This document shows positions 49,747 through 60,393 of a stretch of DNA of 64,000 bases, one piece after another. The notes under the pieces were generated by a model. It was not told the origin of the DNA. It saw nothing but the letters and a program-made list of their open reading frames with translations, and searched no databases. The stretch lies in contig JAZQDE010000015.1 of NCBI GenBank assembly GCA_045546695.1, positions 1,549 to 65,548 on the forward strand, given 5' to 3'. Numbering within the stretch: the first letter of the stretch is position 1; every line of letters begins with the position of its first letter. The translations under genes were made by a program, and so were the position numbers. The DNA is from Clostridia bacterium. GTDB taxonomy: Bacteria; Bacillota; Clostridia; UBA1212; UBA1255.

Positions 49747-50608
49747 TATTTTGTCCTCCTGTTACCTTTTCGGAAACGTTACGCATACCAAGATATACCA
49801 AATTGTCAATTATTGCAAATAAATCTCTGTTTATGCCTGTATTTTTGTTTTTAAAACCGTTTTTTATATTTTCCCATGCGTTTGCAGCGTTTGCAAGGCA
49901 CATATCAATGGTGAAAATAACGCTGTCGCTGATTCCGGCTTTTTCCTGATTATAGTAATTTTCATTATTGAGCAACACGTTGTATTGCTTCTTTTTCTTG
50001 TCCTCTTCTATGTCTGACACGGCATCAACAATATAAATCCATTTTCCGAGATTATAACCAAATGTGCTCAGATTATCACTCATTGTCGGATTATTGTCGA
50101 AAAACTCATCGTCTTTCCACATAAAAATCTCAGAAAGCATTTTAGCTGTCGGTTCTGCCGCTTCATCAAGAATACTACAGTTGTTCTTTTCAAGCTTCAG
50201 CTGATCCTGCATATAGATTTCAATAAAATCGCATAGTATCGGACAGAAGCGTCTTGCTTTTCTGTAAGCACGTCTGATTGCCCTTGCTCCGGACTTTGAG
50301 AGAATGCTCTTGTTATCATAGTATGAATCCATCAGTTTATGATATTCAAGAAGTACGTTTACGCATGCGGCATATGTTATAGCCTTTGCGCCACTTGCCT
50401 GAGGACGTTTTTTTATCGGATGTGCGATACATTTTCCGGGTTTAATAACAACATCTTTATCCTGTGATGCGCAGACTGTCAGAATAACAGCAAGTGATGC
50501 AGCTTCATTAATCAACCCGAACCTCGGAAGCTGACCGAAGTTTTTGCCGATACTTTTGCAGACACCACAGTAAAAAGCCCTGTAAACGTCATACTCGCGG
50601 ATTTTCAA
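49730..50608 (-). CDS. Hypothetical protein, possibly DUF5685-like; paired with the J-domain protein
   Basis: N-terminal [17 protein letters not shown] motif. Overlaps the J-domain gene by 17 nt. TTG start with a weak RBS. Confidence 0.45.
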   Translation of the reverse strand: MKIREYDVYRAFYCGVCKSIGKNFGQLPRFGLINEAASLAVILTVCASQDKDVVIKPGKCIAHPIKKRPQASGAKAITYAACVNVLLEYHKLMDSYYDNKSILSKSGARAIRRAYRKARRFCPILCDFIEIYMQDQLKLEKNNCSILDEAAEPTAKMLSEIFMWKDDEFFDNNPTMSDNLSTFGYNLGKWIYIVDAVSDIEEDKKKKQYNVLLNNENYYNQEKAGISDSVIFTIDMCLANAANAWENIKNGFKNKNTGINRDLFAIIDNLVYLGMRNVSEKVTGGQNSERPI

Positions 50609-50656
50609 TTCCGGTTTTAGAGGTGTTACGTAACCGAATATTTTAATCAGGCTCCT

Positions 50657-51625
50657 TTACAGTGACAGAATCCTACTTGTTTCTATCATCTTATCATCAA
50701 TCGTTTTTACCATGTCAAGTGCTTCGTCAATATCGTAAGCAACATATTCATCGTGCTTTACAGCAACTACCTTATTCTTTTCACCGTTGGCAAGAAGTTC
50801 AGTTGCCTTTACAGCCATCAAAGATGCTGCAACACGGTCTCTTACAGTCGGGCTACCGCCTCTTTGGAGGTGACCGAGAATCGTGGCAGTTGTGGTAATT
50901 CCTGTAATATCTTTAATCTGCTTTGCGATATCCATCGTGCCGCCGATACCTTCTGCAATGATAACAACGTAGTGGTGTTTACCTCTGTTTCGGCAACCAA
51001 TAATTGGTTTAATGATATCTGTGTCGATATTAAATTCTTTTTCCGGAAGAATACACGCTTCCGCACCGTCTGCTATCGCACAGTTGAGCGCAATATAACC
51101 GGCTTCCCTGCCCATAACTTCAACAACGCTGCATCTTTCATGTGAATAAGCTGTATCTTTGATGCGGTCAATTGCATCTATTACTGTATTGAGCGCAGTA
51201 TCAAAACCAATTGTATATTCAGTACTTGAAACATCATTGTCGATTGTAGCAGGGATGCATATTACGTTTACGCCTTCTTTTGACAACGCTCTTGCTCCTC
51301 TGAAAGAGCCATCGCCACCGATAACAACTATTGCATCAAGCTTGAAAACATTTACCATACGGGCAGCTCTTTTAACACCTTCATCAGTAGTAAATTCTTT
51401 ACTTCTTGCAGTCTGGAGGATTGTGCCGCCTCTGCTGATAATATCCGAAACAGAACGAAGATTCATTTCAAACATATCGCCGGCCAGAAGTCCTTCGTAT
51501 CCTTTTCTGATTCCATAAACCTCAAATCCTCTATAAATTCCCGAACGCACAACAGCTCTAATCGCTGCATTCATTCCCGGCGCGTCACCGCCTGACGTAA
51601 GAACTCCGATTCTCTTGATTGACAT
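50657..51625 (-). CDS. pfkA: ATP-dependent 6-phosphofructokinase
   Basis: KRIGVLTSGGDAPGMNAAIRAVV, VVIGGDGS and MGREAG motifs. Start trimmed to the ATG at 51625 with a GGAGGA RBS (322 aa). The ORF track adds a spurious 67-aa extension. Confidence 0.9.
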   Translation of the reverse strand: MSIKRIGVLTSGGDAPGMNAAIRAVVRSGIYRGFEVYGIRKGYEGLLAGDMFEMNLRSVSDIISRGGTILQTARSKEFTTDEGVKRAARMVNVFKLDAIVVIGGDGSFRGARALSKEGVNVICIPATIDNDVSSTEYTIGFDTALNTVIDAIDRIKDTAYSHERCSVVEVMGREAGYIALNCAIADGAEACILPEKEFNIDTDIIKPIIGCRNRGKHHYVVIIAEGIGGTMDIAKQIKDITGITTTATILGHLQRGGSPTVRDRVAASLMAVKATELLANGEKNKVVAVKHDEYVAYDIDEALDMVKTIDDKMIETSRILSL

Positions 51626-51644
51626 ATACTCATCCTCCTTAACA

Positions 51645-53192
51645 TTAATTCTTTTTGACCCAGAGGCCATACCTATAATTATCGTGAATATCGTCAGCTT
51701 CACATACAAATTCATAATTTTCCTGAAGAATATCATGTTTGTATTCAGAAGCAACGTGTTTTTGTGTCGTTCTTGTAACAACAAAGTCAACTTTCTGGTT
51801 TTTAAGCATACTGTTCTGCTCATCATACATTTCAGGCAACGCTTCTTTCGGAATGTTGACTCTGCAGAAATACTTGTTTATTGGTCTGATATCAGCCGCA
51901 AGATAAAAGCCCTGGTCAATAAATCCGTAATTCAGTAACGTTGGGTCATCTATATTGTTACTTTCACAAATCTCGTCAATCTTGTTTGCAAATTTAATCT
52001 GTGCATATTCAGTATCCGCCTTGCCAAGATATGGAAAACAATTGCTGAATAATACAGTCGCGCACATTACACACACCAGAATAACAGCTGCAACTGCAAT
52101 CCTGAATTTTTTTAAAAGCACACCGACTTTATTAAAGTCAAGCAGAAAACCTATTATTGCTATCACTCCAAATACTGCAAACGGAGCAAGCACGAGCAAG
52201 TAATAATCATACCACACGCCACCCCAGTAAATCAGAACGTATGCAATCAGGAAGCATACAAGAACTGACAATCTTTTTGCCAATTTTTTCACATACTTAT
52301 TATTTGCGAAAAATCCGACAATACCACAGAAGAATACAATCAGAAGCACCTTGTTTTCGTCGAAATTCCTGCCGACTGATTCGATAATCTTTATAACTCT
52401 GTCCCAGACAGACAGTTCCTTTGCGTATAGGAAAACGTTACAATAAATGTAAGTATAAAGAAAATCAATTACGTTTCCTTTAATCAGATGGTAAATAAAT
52501 ACGGGTGCAGTCAGTGCACCGAAGCCAATCAGGAACATTCCCACACTCTTGAAAAATCTTTTCCATTCTTTGTTAATAAGCATCGGAATATACGTAACAA
52601 GTGCCCATCCGATCCAGAATCCAAGAAGTGTAAACTTATACCATAAAGTAAACGCCACAAAAGCACCATTGAGAATAAGTGTTTTGTTGCCTGGTATATC
52701 CTCTTTGAGCATGTAATACAAGGTAATAACGAGGAAAACATACACAAATTCCTCATTGTTATTGCCTCTTAAGAAACATCTCGTTGTCGATGTCAGTGCA
52801 GCTGTAATGACCGCCACCAGAACAGACGGCAGTGGTTTTAAGTACAGATTTGCGATCTTGTACAGGAATAAAATGTAAACGAACATAAATATCAGCTCGA
52901 TAAAGAATATTCCTATCATCGATTCTGTCGAAAAAACAGCAGCAAGCTCGTGCATCAGGTACGTGTAAGTGCCCTTGTGGTCGAACAAGTCTGTATAAAC
53001 GTCTTTACCCTCAAGCATTTCCCTGCCGATTGTGAAAAAAATGTTCTGATCTACTCTGTTATGAAGCGGAAAAAGAAAAGAACACATTGAGCAGAAAGTC
53101 GTTATAAAAAATGCCATTGCGCCAAAAAACGCATAGCGTATTACGTCAATTCTGTTATCTGAAATCTTATTTTTTATCTGACACAAACGCAA
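51645..53192 (-). CDS. GT-C-fold integral membrane glycosyltransferase (PMT_2/ArnT-like, family-39-like)
   Basis: About 12 TM helices. N-terminal loop DQNIFFTIGREMLEGKDVYTDLFDHKG resembles the GT-C DE/DD loop. Probable TTG start at 53192 after AGGAGA. The ORF track starts at 53228, overlapping dnaE. Confidence 0.5.
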   Translation of the reverse strand: MRLCQIKNKISDNRIDVIRYAFFGAMAFFITTFCSMCSFLFPLHNRVDQNIFFTIGREMLEGKDVYTDLFDHKGTYTYLMHELAAVFSTESMIGIFFIELIFMFVYILFLYKIANLYLKPLPSVLVAVITAALTSTTRCFLRGNNNEEFVYVFLVITLYYMLKEDIPGNKTLILNGAFVAFTLWYKFTLLGFWIGWALVTYIPMLINKEWKRFFKSVGMFLIGFGALTAPVFIYHLIKGNVIDFLYTYIYCNVFLYAKELSVWDRVIKIIESVGRNFDENKVLLIVFFCGIVGFFANNKYVKKLAKRLSVLVCFLIAYVLIYWGGVWYDYYLLVLAPFAVFGVIAIIGFLLDFNKVGVLLKKFRIAVAAVILVCVMCATVLFSNCFPYLGKADTEYAQIKFANKIDEICESNNIDDPTLLNYGFIDQGFYLAADIRPINKYFCRVNIPKEALPEMYDEQNSMLKNQKVDFVVTRTTQKHVASEYKHDILQENYEFVCEADDIHDNYRYGLWVKKN

Positions 53193-56100
53193 GATTGTAC
53201 ATCTCCTTAATAACATCATCCTGTGCATCTATTGTGCCGGTGAAAAGTAATTCACCCGAAATATCGTCATATACATTTATCTTGTCTGATCCCTCAAAGT
53301 ACCGTATAAACGAAATTAACCTGTTTAAGGCACAACCTTTGCATTGTACATTAATTGAGTTGCTTTTTACAATACTTTTTTTAATTATATCAATGCCCAT
53401 AACGTATTGCTCTACCGGCATAAGTTCTTCAGGAATAATTTTAGGACTCTCGTCTTCTCTGATGCTTAGTCTGCCACGAAGGCCTATCAGACCATCCTGT
53501 ACAAGAAGATGGCTGTATTTTTCAAGTGTCTTCGGAAAAACAATCAACTCAATTGAACCGTACATGTCTTCAAGAGTAACAAACGCCATCATAGAATTGT
53601 TTTTAGTGATTTTTTTCTTGATAGCCACGATAACACCTGCAATATTGACAGTCATATTATCCTTGATATCACTTTGTGAATCATGTTCAAAATCATTGTT
53701 TTCTTCGCTTGTCTGTACAATATCAGACGTTCTGATTGTAGATATTCTACTTATATCAGCAGCATATTTTTCAAGCGGATGACCTGAAAAATAAATACCT
53801 ATGACATCTTTTTCCATTTTAAGAAGCTGCTGTGGCTCAAATTCAGGAATATCAGGATAATCGAATGACTTTTGTGCTGCAAGATCGTCATCCTCACCAA
53901 ACATATCGAATATATTAAGCTGGCCCTCCATACGATGTTTGCTGTCTGATACGGCAGATTCAAATAAATATTCAAAACAAGAAAGCAGCGACGCCCTGGT
54001 TTTTCCGAATTCATCAAAACAGCCTGCCATTATAAAATGTTCTGTATGTCTCTTGTTAACCTGCGTGGTTGCCATTCTGTTGCAAAAATCTTCAAGAGAT
54101 CTGAATCTTCCGTTTTCAGCGCGTTCTCTTGTAATTGCATCTACAACCTGCAGACCTATATTCTTTATACCACCGAGTCCAAAATAAATTTTGCCCTCAT
54201 TTACTGTAAATTTACCATAGCCTTTGTTGATATCCGGCGGAAGCACCTGAATATCCATTTGTTTACACTCTGTAATATACTGGGCAACTTTTCCGGGGTT
54301 GTCTATATTGCTGTTCATAAGAGCGCACATATATTCAACAGGATAATACGTTTTGAGCCATGCAGTCTCGTAACCTACTACTGCATAACACGCTGCATGT
54401 GCCTTGTTGAAGGCATAGCTGGCAAAATCTGTCATCTGGTCGAAAATCTTATTGGAAATCTCTTCGCTCACACCATTTTTAAGGCCGCCCTCTACGAAAT
54501 TCACGCGTTCTTTTGCCATTACATCATGCTTCTTTTTTGCCATGGCACGACGTACAAGGTCAGATTGTCCCATCGTATAACCTGCAAGGTCGCGTACTAT
54601 CTGCATTACCTGTTCCTGGTAAACCATACAGCCATACGTAACGTCAAGAATCGGCTTTAATTTTGGATGGAGATATTTTACATTCTGAGGGTTCTTTTTA
54701 TTTTCGATATACGTCGGTATCTGGTCCATCGGACCGGGCCTGTAGAGGGCAATTCCGGCGATAATATCTTCTAATGATGATGGTTCAAGCTCCATCATAA
54801 AACGCGTCATTCCGGCACTTTCAAGCTGAAAAATACCGGATGTCTTGCCGTCTGATATTGTTTTGAAAACTGCCGGGTCGTTCATAACCATATTATCAAA
54901 ATCTACAGTTACGTTGTGTTGACTTTTCACGAGTTCAAGTGCGTCCTGAATAACAGTAAGAGTCTTCAGACCGAGAAAGTCTACCTTGAGCAAGCCGAGC
55001 TTTTCAAGTGTTGTCATCGGAAACTGCGTCACACTGCTGTCGCCCGTCTTATGAACAGGAACGTAATCTGTAACAGGATTCTTTGTAAGCACAACGCCGG
55101 CTGCATGAGTCGATACATTTCGCGGCATACCTTCAAGCTGCATTGCAGTATCAAGTAAATCACGCATAACAGCATCAGATTCATATTTTGCCTTAAGTTC
55201 GGGAATGGTCTCTATCGCACCTTGTATTGTTGATGCTTTTCCGGGCACCATAGGTACCATTTTAGCGATTGTATCTACGTCAGCATACGGAATGTCAAGT
55301 ACTCTGCCAACGTCTCTTATTGAGCCTCTGGCGGCCATTGTACCGAACGTAACAATCTGTGCTACCATGTCAGCACCGTATTTGCTAATAACGTATTCGA
55401 TAACTTCTTTACGTCTCTCATCACTGAAGTCAACGTCAAAGTCAGGCATGCTGATTCTTTCCGGATTCAGGAAACGCTCAAAAGCAAGATTATATTTCAA
55501 TGAGTCAATATTTGTTATTTTAAGGCAATACGCAACGAGACTTCCGGCGCCTGAGCCTCTGCCCGGACCTACCGTAATTCCATGGTCTTTTGCGTATTTT
55601 ATAAAGTCCCACACGATGAGATAGTACTCTGCATATCCCATTTTGATTATAACGCCAAGTTCGTATTCCAACCGCTGCATTGCAACTTCAGGAATACCTT
55701 GCGGGTATCTTACTTGCGCGCCTTCCATACACAGTTTTCTTAAATATTCAGCAGGCGTAAGACCTCCCGGAATATCAAACTGTGGCAGAACGCTTCGTCC
55801 GAATTCAATCTCAACGTTACACATGTCTGCTATTTTCACAGTATTTTCCAGTGCTTCGGGATAATCGGTGAAAAGTTCAGACATTTCCTGTGGTGATTTA
55901 AGATAAACCTGATCAGTTTCAAAACGCATTCTGTCAGTATCGGTATATTTTTTACCTGTCTGGATGCACATCAATATATCCTGCGCGCGTGCGTCTTCTT
56001 TTCTGATGAAATGCACGTCGTTTGTGGCAATCAGCGGAATACCTGTCTCTTTATGGATATTGATAAGTCCCCTGTTTACTATCATCTGCTCTTCAATATC

Positions 56101-56631
56101 ATTGCTCTGAAGTTCAAGATAATAATTGCCTTCACCGAAAATCTCAAGAAATTCGAGTGCCGTTTTCTTTGCGCCTTCAAGGTCACCTGCGAGTATTTTC
56201 TGCGGCACATCGCCACCGATACATGCCGAAGCACAGATGATACCTTCTGAAAATTCACGTAAAAGATTCATATCGACTCTTGGCTTGTAATAATAGCCCT
56301 CTGTAAAGGCTTTAGAGACGATTTTCACCAGATTATGGTATCCTGTATTGTTTTTCGCAAGAAGCAGAAGATGCCCGTAATTGTTGTCAATTCCGGGCGC
56401 CTTATCAAAACGTGTACGTGGACTTGTATACACTTCACAGCCTAATATCGGCTTGATACCATTCTTTTTACATTCTTCGTAAAAATCAATTACGCCATAC
56501 ATTACACCATGGTCAGTGATGGCAAGACTGTGCATACCAAGCTCCGATGCAGCCTTTGCTATTTCTTTAATGCGGCATGCACCGTCGAGCAAACTGTATT
56601 CGGTATGAACGTGAAGATGTACAAAATCCAT
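53167..56631 (-). CDS. dnaE: DNA polymerase III alpha subunit (DnaE-type)
   Basis: PHP domain MDFVHLHVHTEYSLLDG, a polymerase core, and a C-terminal OB fold. 1154 aa. Confidence 0.95.
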   Translation of the reverse strand: MDFVHLHVHTEYSLLDGACRIKEIAKAASELGMHSLAITDHGVMYGVIDFYEECKKNGIKPILGCEVYTSPRTRFDKAPGIDNNYGHLLLLAKNNTGYHNLVKIVSKAFTEGYYYKPRVDMNLLREFSEGIICASACIGGDVPQKILAGDLEGAKKTALEFLEIFGEGNYYLELQSNDIEEQMIVNRGLINIHKETGIPLIATNDVHFIRKEDARAQDILMCIQTGKKYTDTDRMRFETDQVYLKSPQEMSELFTDYPEALENTVKIADMCNVEIEFGRSVLPQFDIPGGLTPAEYLRKLCMEGAQVRYPQGIPEVAMQRLEYELGVIIKMGYAEYYLIVWDFIKYAKDHGITVGPGRGSGAGSLVAYCLKITNIDSLKYNLAFERFLNPERISMPDFDVDFSDERRKEVIEYVISKYGADMVAQIVTFGTMAARGSIRDVGRVLDIPYADVDTIAKMVPMVPGKASTIQGAIETIPELKAKYESDAVMRDLLDTAMQLEGMPRNVSTHAAGVVLTKNPVTDYVPVHKTGDSSVTQFPMTTLEKLGLLKVDFLGLKTLTVIQDALELVKSQHNVTVDFDNMVMNDPAVFKTISDGKTSGIFQLESAGMTRFMMELEPSSLEDIIAGIALYRPGPMDQIPTYIENKKNPQNVKYLHPKLKPILDVTYGCMVYQEQVMQIVRDLAGYTMGQSDLVRRAMAKKKHDVMAKERVNFVEGGLKNGVSEEISNKIFDQMTDFASYAFNKAHAACYAVVGYETAWLKTYYPVEYMCALMNSNIDNPGKVAQYITECKQMDIQVLPPDINKGYGKFTVNEGKIYFGLGGIKNIGLQVVDAITRERAENGRFRSLEDFCNRMATTQVNKRHTEHFIMAGCFDEFGKTRASLLSCFEYLFESAVSDSKHRMEGQLNIFDMFGEDDDLAAQKSFDYPDIPEFEPQQLLKMEKDVIGIYFSGHPLEKYAADISRISTIRTSDIVQTSEENNDFEHDSQSDIKDNMTVNIAGVIVAIKKKITKNNSMMAFVTLEDMYGSIELIVFPKTLEKYSHLLVQDGLIGLRGRLSIREDESPKIIPEELMPVEQYVMGIDIIKKSIVKSNSINVQCKGCALNRLISFIRYFEGSDKINVYDDISGELLFTGTIDAQDDVIKEMYNLAFVSDKK

Positions 56632-56633
56632 TA

Positions 56634-58343
56634 TTATTCTTTGTCTTTTACTATATCAAGAATAGCTGCGGCAACTTTATCTTTAAGTTGAATTGTGTTG
56701 TTGTAGGCAGCCATTTTGCTGTCGCCTTTGCCGCCGAAGTAAATCTTTACCTTCGGCTCTGTACCTGAAGGACGAACCATAAAATATCCATTATCAAAGC
56801 TTGCGCTTACCATGTCACACTTTGGAATCTCATTGCCGTCTGCGAGCATATCTGCATAAGAAACAGGAGCAGTATCGATAATATTGCATTTTTTATCTCT
56901 CAATGTAGCCATAAGTTCTTTTGTCTTGATAAGGCCTGACTCGCCCTTGAGTACCAATGACACCTGAATCTCATGCTGGAAGCCATATTTTTCATAGATG
57001 CTGTCAAGAGCCTCAACAAGTGTCATGCCCTTTGCTTTATAGTAGCTTGCAGCTTCTGCCAGGTATACACATGCGCCGATAGCGTCTTTATCCTTGGCAT
57101 AATTGCCGAATAAATAGCCACAGCTCTCTTCAAAGCCGAAAATAAACTTCTTGCCCTCGTTTTCTTCAAGATTGCTTGCAAGGTCACCGATATATCTGAA
57201 ACCAACCGGCACGTCACGATACATGATACCATTTGCTTCGCACATAGCTTTTGCCACTCTTGTTGAAACGATTGATGATATTACGAGTGCATTTTCAATT
57301 GATTTTTTAGCAGATACTCTTGCTGTGATTGCTCTGTCAAGCAGGATAATACCAATCTGGTTGCCTGTCAGCATCACGTAATTGCCATCCTTATCCTTTG
57401 CAACAACACCTGCACGGTCACTGTCAGGATCTGTCGCAATCGCAATATCAGCATTCTTTTCTTTTGCCAGCGCTGTAGCAAGCTCAAGAGCTTCAGCATT
57501 TTCAGGATTTGGAACTTTTACTGTTGAAAAGTTGCCATCAGGAACCATCTGGCTGTCTACAGTATATACATTTGTGATGCCACATGCTTTAAGACACTCA
57601 GGTACCCATTTTGCGCCGCAACCATGAAGTGGTGTGTATACAACTGAAATATTCTTTGCATTTTCAAGGAATTCTTTTTTGTTTACGATTGTCTGAAGAA
57701 GTGCATTTGAAAATGCTTTTTTAATCTGATTATCAAGAATCTTAATCTTGTTGCCCTGCTTTAAGTAGTCAAAGCTGAATGTTGCAAGCTTTGAATAATC
57801 TTCAAAACCATTCATAATATCAGAGATTGCTTTGCATGCGTCAGGACCGAGCTGCGCGCCGTCACTGCCGTATACCTTGTATCCGTTGTACTGCTTCGGA
57901 TTGTGGCTGGCTGTAATCATAACACCTGCTGCGCACTTGAACTTTGTAATTGAATATGAGAGCACCGGTACCGGGCAAATCTCAGGATGCATAAGTGTCT
58001 TTATCTCATAACCTGCGAAGATTGACGCTGCCTCCATTGCGAATTCTTTTGAAAAATTCCTGCTGTCATATCCGATAACAATACCTGCCTGGCGTGCCTG
58101 CGCGCCAAGATTTGAAATATATGTTGCAACTGCATGGCTTACTTTTCTGACTACGTATAAATTGATTCTGTTAGTACCGGCTCCGATTACACCTCTGATG
58201 CCGGCTGTACCAAAGTCAAGTTCTCTGTAGAATCTGTCTCTGATAGCTTCCGGATCGTTTTCTATAGCCGTGAGCTCATCCCTTGTTTTTTTATCAAAAT
58301 AATAACCTGTCTTCCATTGTTTGTAAGTAGCCATTATATCCAT
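56634..58343 (-). CDS. Phosphoglucomutase / phosphomannomutase-family phospho-sugar mutase
   Basis: TAGIRG, TASHNP (active-site Ser) and FEESCG motifs. AAAAGGAGAG RBS. Confidence 0.85.
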   Translation of the reverse strand: MDIMATYKQWKTGYYFDKKTRDELTAIENDPEAIRDRFYRELDFGTAGIRGVIGAGTNRINLYVVRKVSHAVATYISNLGAQARQAGIVIGYDSRNFSKEFAMEAASIFAGYEIKTLMHPEICPVPVLSYSITKFKCAAGVMITASHNPKQYNGYKVYGSDGAQLGPDACKAISDIMNGFEDYSKLATFSFDYLKQGNKIKILDNQIKKAFSNALLQTIVNKKEFLENAKNISVVYTPLHGCGAKWVPECLKACGITNVYTVDSQMVPDGNFSTVKVPNPENAEALELATALAKEKNADIAIATDPDSDRAGVVAKDKDGNYVMLTGNQIGIILLDRAITARVSAKKSIENALVISSIVSTRVAKAMCEANGIMYRDVPVGFRYIGDLASNLEENEGKKFIFGFEESCGYLFGNYAKDKDAIGACVYLAEAASYYKAKGMTLVEALDSIYEKYGFQHEIQVSLVLKGESGLIKTKELMATLRDKKCNIIDTAPVSYADMLADGNEIPKCDMVSASFDNGYFMVRPSGTEPKVKIYFGGKGDSKMAAYNNTIQLKDKVAAAILDIVKDKE

Positions 58344-58378
58344 GCAATATCTCTCCTTTTGTTTTTCTCTGATTTTTT

Positions 58379-58407
58379 ATTATACGATATTTTCACTGTA
58401 AAATCAA
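58379..58407 (-). promoter_or_regulatory. Putative strong sigma-A promoter for the phosphoglucomutase and dnaE genes
   Basis: Minus strand: TTGATT (inside the rimI 3' end), 17-nt spacer, TATAAT, about 30 nt upstream of the mutase ATG. Confidence 0.5.
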
Positions 58408-58836
58408 ACGCATATTAACGGCATCCGTATATGTTCCGTCAGGATGTTTATAATATTTTTCGCGTATGTTCAGTGTATCAAAACCTGCTTTTTTATATAG
58501 TTCTATAGCCGGTACGTTGTTTATGTCAACCTCAAGCAAAATCTCCTGCGCTGTCACGAGATTATTTTTCATCTCATCAATAAGCTTCATGCCAAGGCCT
58601 TTTTTTCTGTATTCCGGCATAACTGCAATCCTGAGAATCTCTGCAGATTCAAATAATTCTCTGTAGCTGATATAGCCTGCAGTTTCTTTTTCATCATATA
58701 TGATATACACATGTGAAAAGTTATTTGAGTATTCAAACTCAAGCATTTGTATGCCCCACGCATCGTCAAAACACGTTTTTTCTATCTTTTCAATATATTC
58801 AAGTTCGTTTTTGTCTGATACTTTCTTGATTGTCAT
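58393..58836 (-). CDS. rimI: Ribosomal-protein-alanine N-acetyltransferase (GNAT)
   Basis: GNAT fold (acetyl-CoA binding RKKGLG). The tsaE-tsaB-rimI context is conserved. Confidence 0.7.
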   Translation of the reverse strand: MTIKKVSDKNELEYIEKIEKTCFDDAWGIQMLEFEYSNNFSHVYIIYDEKETAGYISYRELFESAEILRIAVMPEYRKKGLGMKLIDEMKNNLVTAQEILLEVDINNVPAIELYKKAGFDTLNIREKYYKHPDGTYTDAVNMRLILQ

Positions 58837-59537
58837 ATTTCTGAATTGTATTTTTTCATGTAATTTACGCCGAGAGCTTCACCTGTGAAAAGTGTCTTAT
58901 CTTCAGCATTGTTGTACAAATTCTGTGCAATCTTAGCAACGCAAAGAGCGTCCGGATATATAGAATCTTTATAATCAATACTAAAATCTTTCAGCTTTTC
59001 GTTAATAATGGCTTTGTTTGCATCCGTTACTCCGTCTCCGGTGAAAAGAAGGCGGCTGTTTTCCGGAAATTCTGCCAGGATATGGTCGCAAAGTTCGTCT
59101 GTTGATAATGCTGTATGTGTGAAAATAAGCTCCCCGTTTTTGTAGCAAGCGGCATATACGCGTGTGTTTCTTGCATCAATAAGAGGAATCACAATAGCGT
59201 CGTTGTTATCGGTACATGCAAATGCGAGCGCATCTAACGTATTTACTCCGACGAGCGGAATATCTGATACGTAAGCAAATGTTTTTGCAGTAACAACACC
59301 GATACGAAGCCCTGTATAAGAGCCGGGGCCGTTTGTAACTGCAATCATGTCAACGTCTTCGATCGTAGCGCCTGTTTCTGTAAATGATTTGTCTATAAGG
59401 GGCATAAGCTTTACAGAATGTGTTTTATTGTCACATTCTGTAAACTCTGACAATAAAGAATCACCTGAAACAAGGCCGCATGATGTGGTCTTGCACGAGG
59501 TATCTATTGTCATTATCAGGAATTTATCTTTGAACAA
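58833..59537 (-). CDS. tsaB: tRNA threonylcarbamoyladenosine biosynthesis protein TsaB
   Basis: Kae1/YeaZ-like fold, MTIDTS ... SCGLV N-terminus, between tsaE and rimI. The true start may be the ATG at 59513. Confidence 0.75.
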   Translation of the reverse strand: MFKDKFLIMTIDTSCKTTSCGLVSGDSLLSEFTECDNKTHSVKLMPLIDKSFTETGATIEDVDMIAVTNGPGSYTGLRIGVVTAKTFAYVSDIPLVGVNTLDALAFACTDNNDAIVIPLIDARNTRVYAACYKNGELIFTHTALSTDELCDHILAEFPENSRLLFTGDGVTDANKAIINEKLKDFSIDYKDSIYPDALCVAKIAQNLYNNAEDKTLFTGEALGVNYMKKYNSEI

Positions 59538-59984
59538 TTATAAGTCAACTCCGTCAATATTAATTACTCGCCTGGTCGGGCTGATGTCGTCACATCTGTG
59601 AATATTCACCCTGATTATTCTGGATGAATATATATCATGAAGCTCCGGAATATTCTCGCTCCATTCTATAACACTTATTGCATCCTGATCCATGTATTCG
59701 TCAAAACCAATATTTTCCAGGTCATCAAACGTTTCCAAACGATATAAATCAAAATGCAAAAGCAGAATGCTGTCTGATCTATACTCATTGACAATTGTAA
59801 AAGTTGGGCTGGTGATTACATCACCAATGCCCAACGCTTTTGCAATGCCTTTTGTGAAATGCGTCTTACCTGCGCCAAGATTACCATCGAGGCATATGAT
59901 ATCGCCGCTTTTCACGGATAAACCAAGCATCCTGCCATATTCTTCTGTCTGTAATTCAGAGTCAGAAACAAATTGCATATGCAA
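59538..59984 (-). CDS. tsaE: tRNA threonylcarbamoyladenosine biosynthesis ATPase TsaE
   Basis: P-loop GNLGAGKTHFTKG. 148 aa. TTG at 59984 or ATG at 59978. Confidence 0.8.
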   Translation of the reverse strand: MHMQFVSDSELQTEEYGRMLGLSVKSGDIICLDGNLGAGKTHFTKGIAKALGIGDVITSPTFTIVNEYRSDSILLLHFDLYRLETFDDLENIGFDEYMDQDAISVIEWSENIPELHDIYSSRIIRVNIHRCDDISPTRRVINIDGVDL

Positions 59985-60374
59985 TTATCTCTTGCTGAAC
60001 TGAGGAGCACGTCTGGCTTTTTTGAGACCGTATTTCTTTCTTTCTTTCATTCTCTGGTCTCTTGTGAGGTAGCCTGCCTGCTTTAATGCAGGACGGAGTG
60101 TCTCATCATATTCAATAAGTGCACGTGCGATACCATGTCTGATAGCGCCTGCCTGACCTGTGAATCCGCCACCTGATACATTGCAGATAACGTCAAACTT
60201 AGCTTCTGTGTTTGTAGCAGCAAAAGGCTGGTTTACAATAATCTTTAATGTCTCTAATCCAAAATATTCATCGATAGATCTGTCATTGATTGTAACAACG
60301 CCAGTACCTGCCATGATTCTTACTCTTGCAACTGACTTCTTTCTACGTCCTGTGCCGATATACTGTTCTGCCAT
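59985..60374 (-). CDS. rpsI: 30S ribosomal protein S9
   Basis: [18 protein letters not shown] ... C-terminal [12 protein letters not shown]. Confidence 0.95.
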   Translation of the reverse strand: MAEQYIGTGRRKKSVARVRIMAGTGVVTINDRSIDEYFGLETLKIIVNQPFAATNTEAKFDVICNVSGGGFTGQAGAIRHGIARALIEYDETLRPALKQAGYLTRDQRMKERKKYGLKKARRAPQFSKR

Positions 60375-60393
60375 AATCTGTACCTCCGGTCAA

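Noticed and set aside
51626-51826. 67-aa N-terminal extension on pfkA in the ORF track (and similar extensions on the rplM, ROK kinase and mutS2 ORFs)
   Set aside because: Internal ATG or GTG codons with good GGAGG-type RBS give proteins of canonical length. The extensions are hydrophobic or junk sequence overlapping neighbouring genes.
53111-54660. Plus-strand ORFs of 223 and 207 aa
   Set aside because: They lie entirely antisense within dnaE and the GT-C gene, with no RBS or homology signal. They are ORF-track noise.
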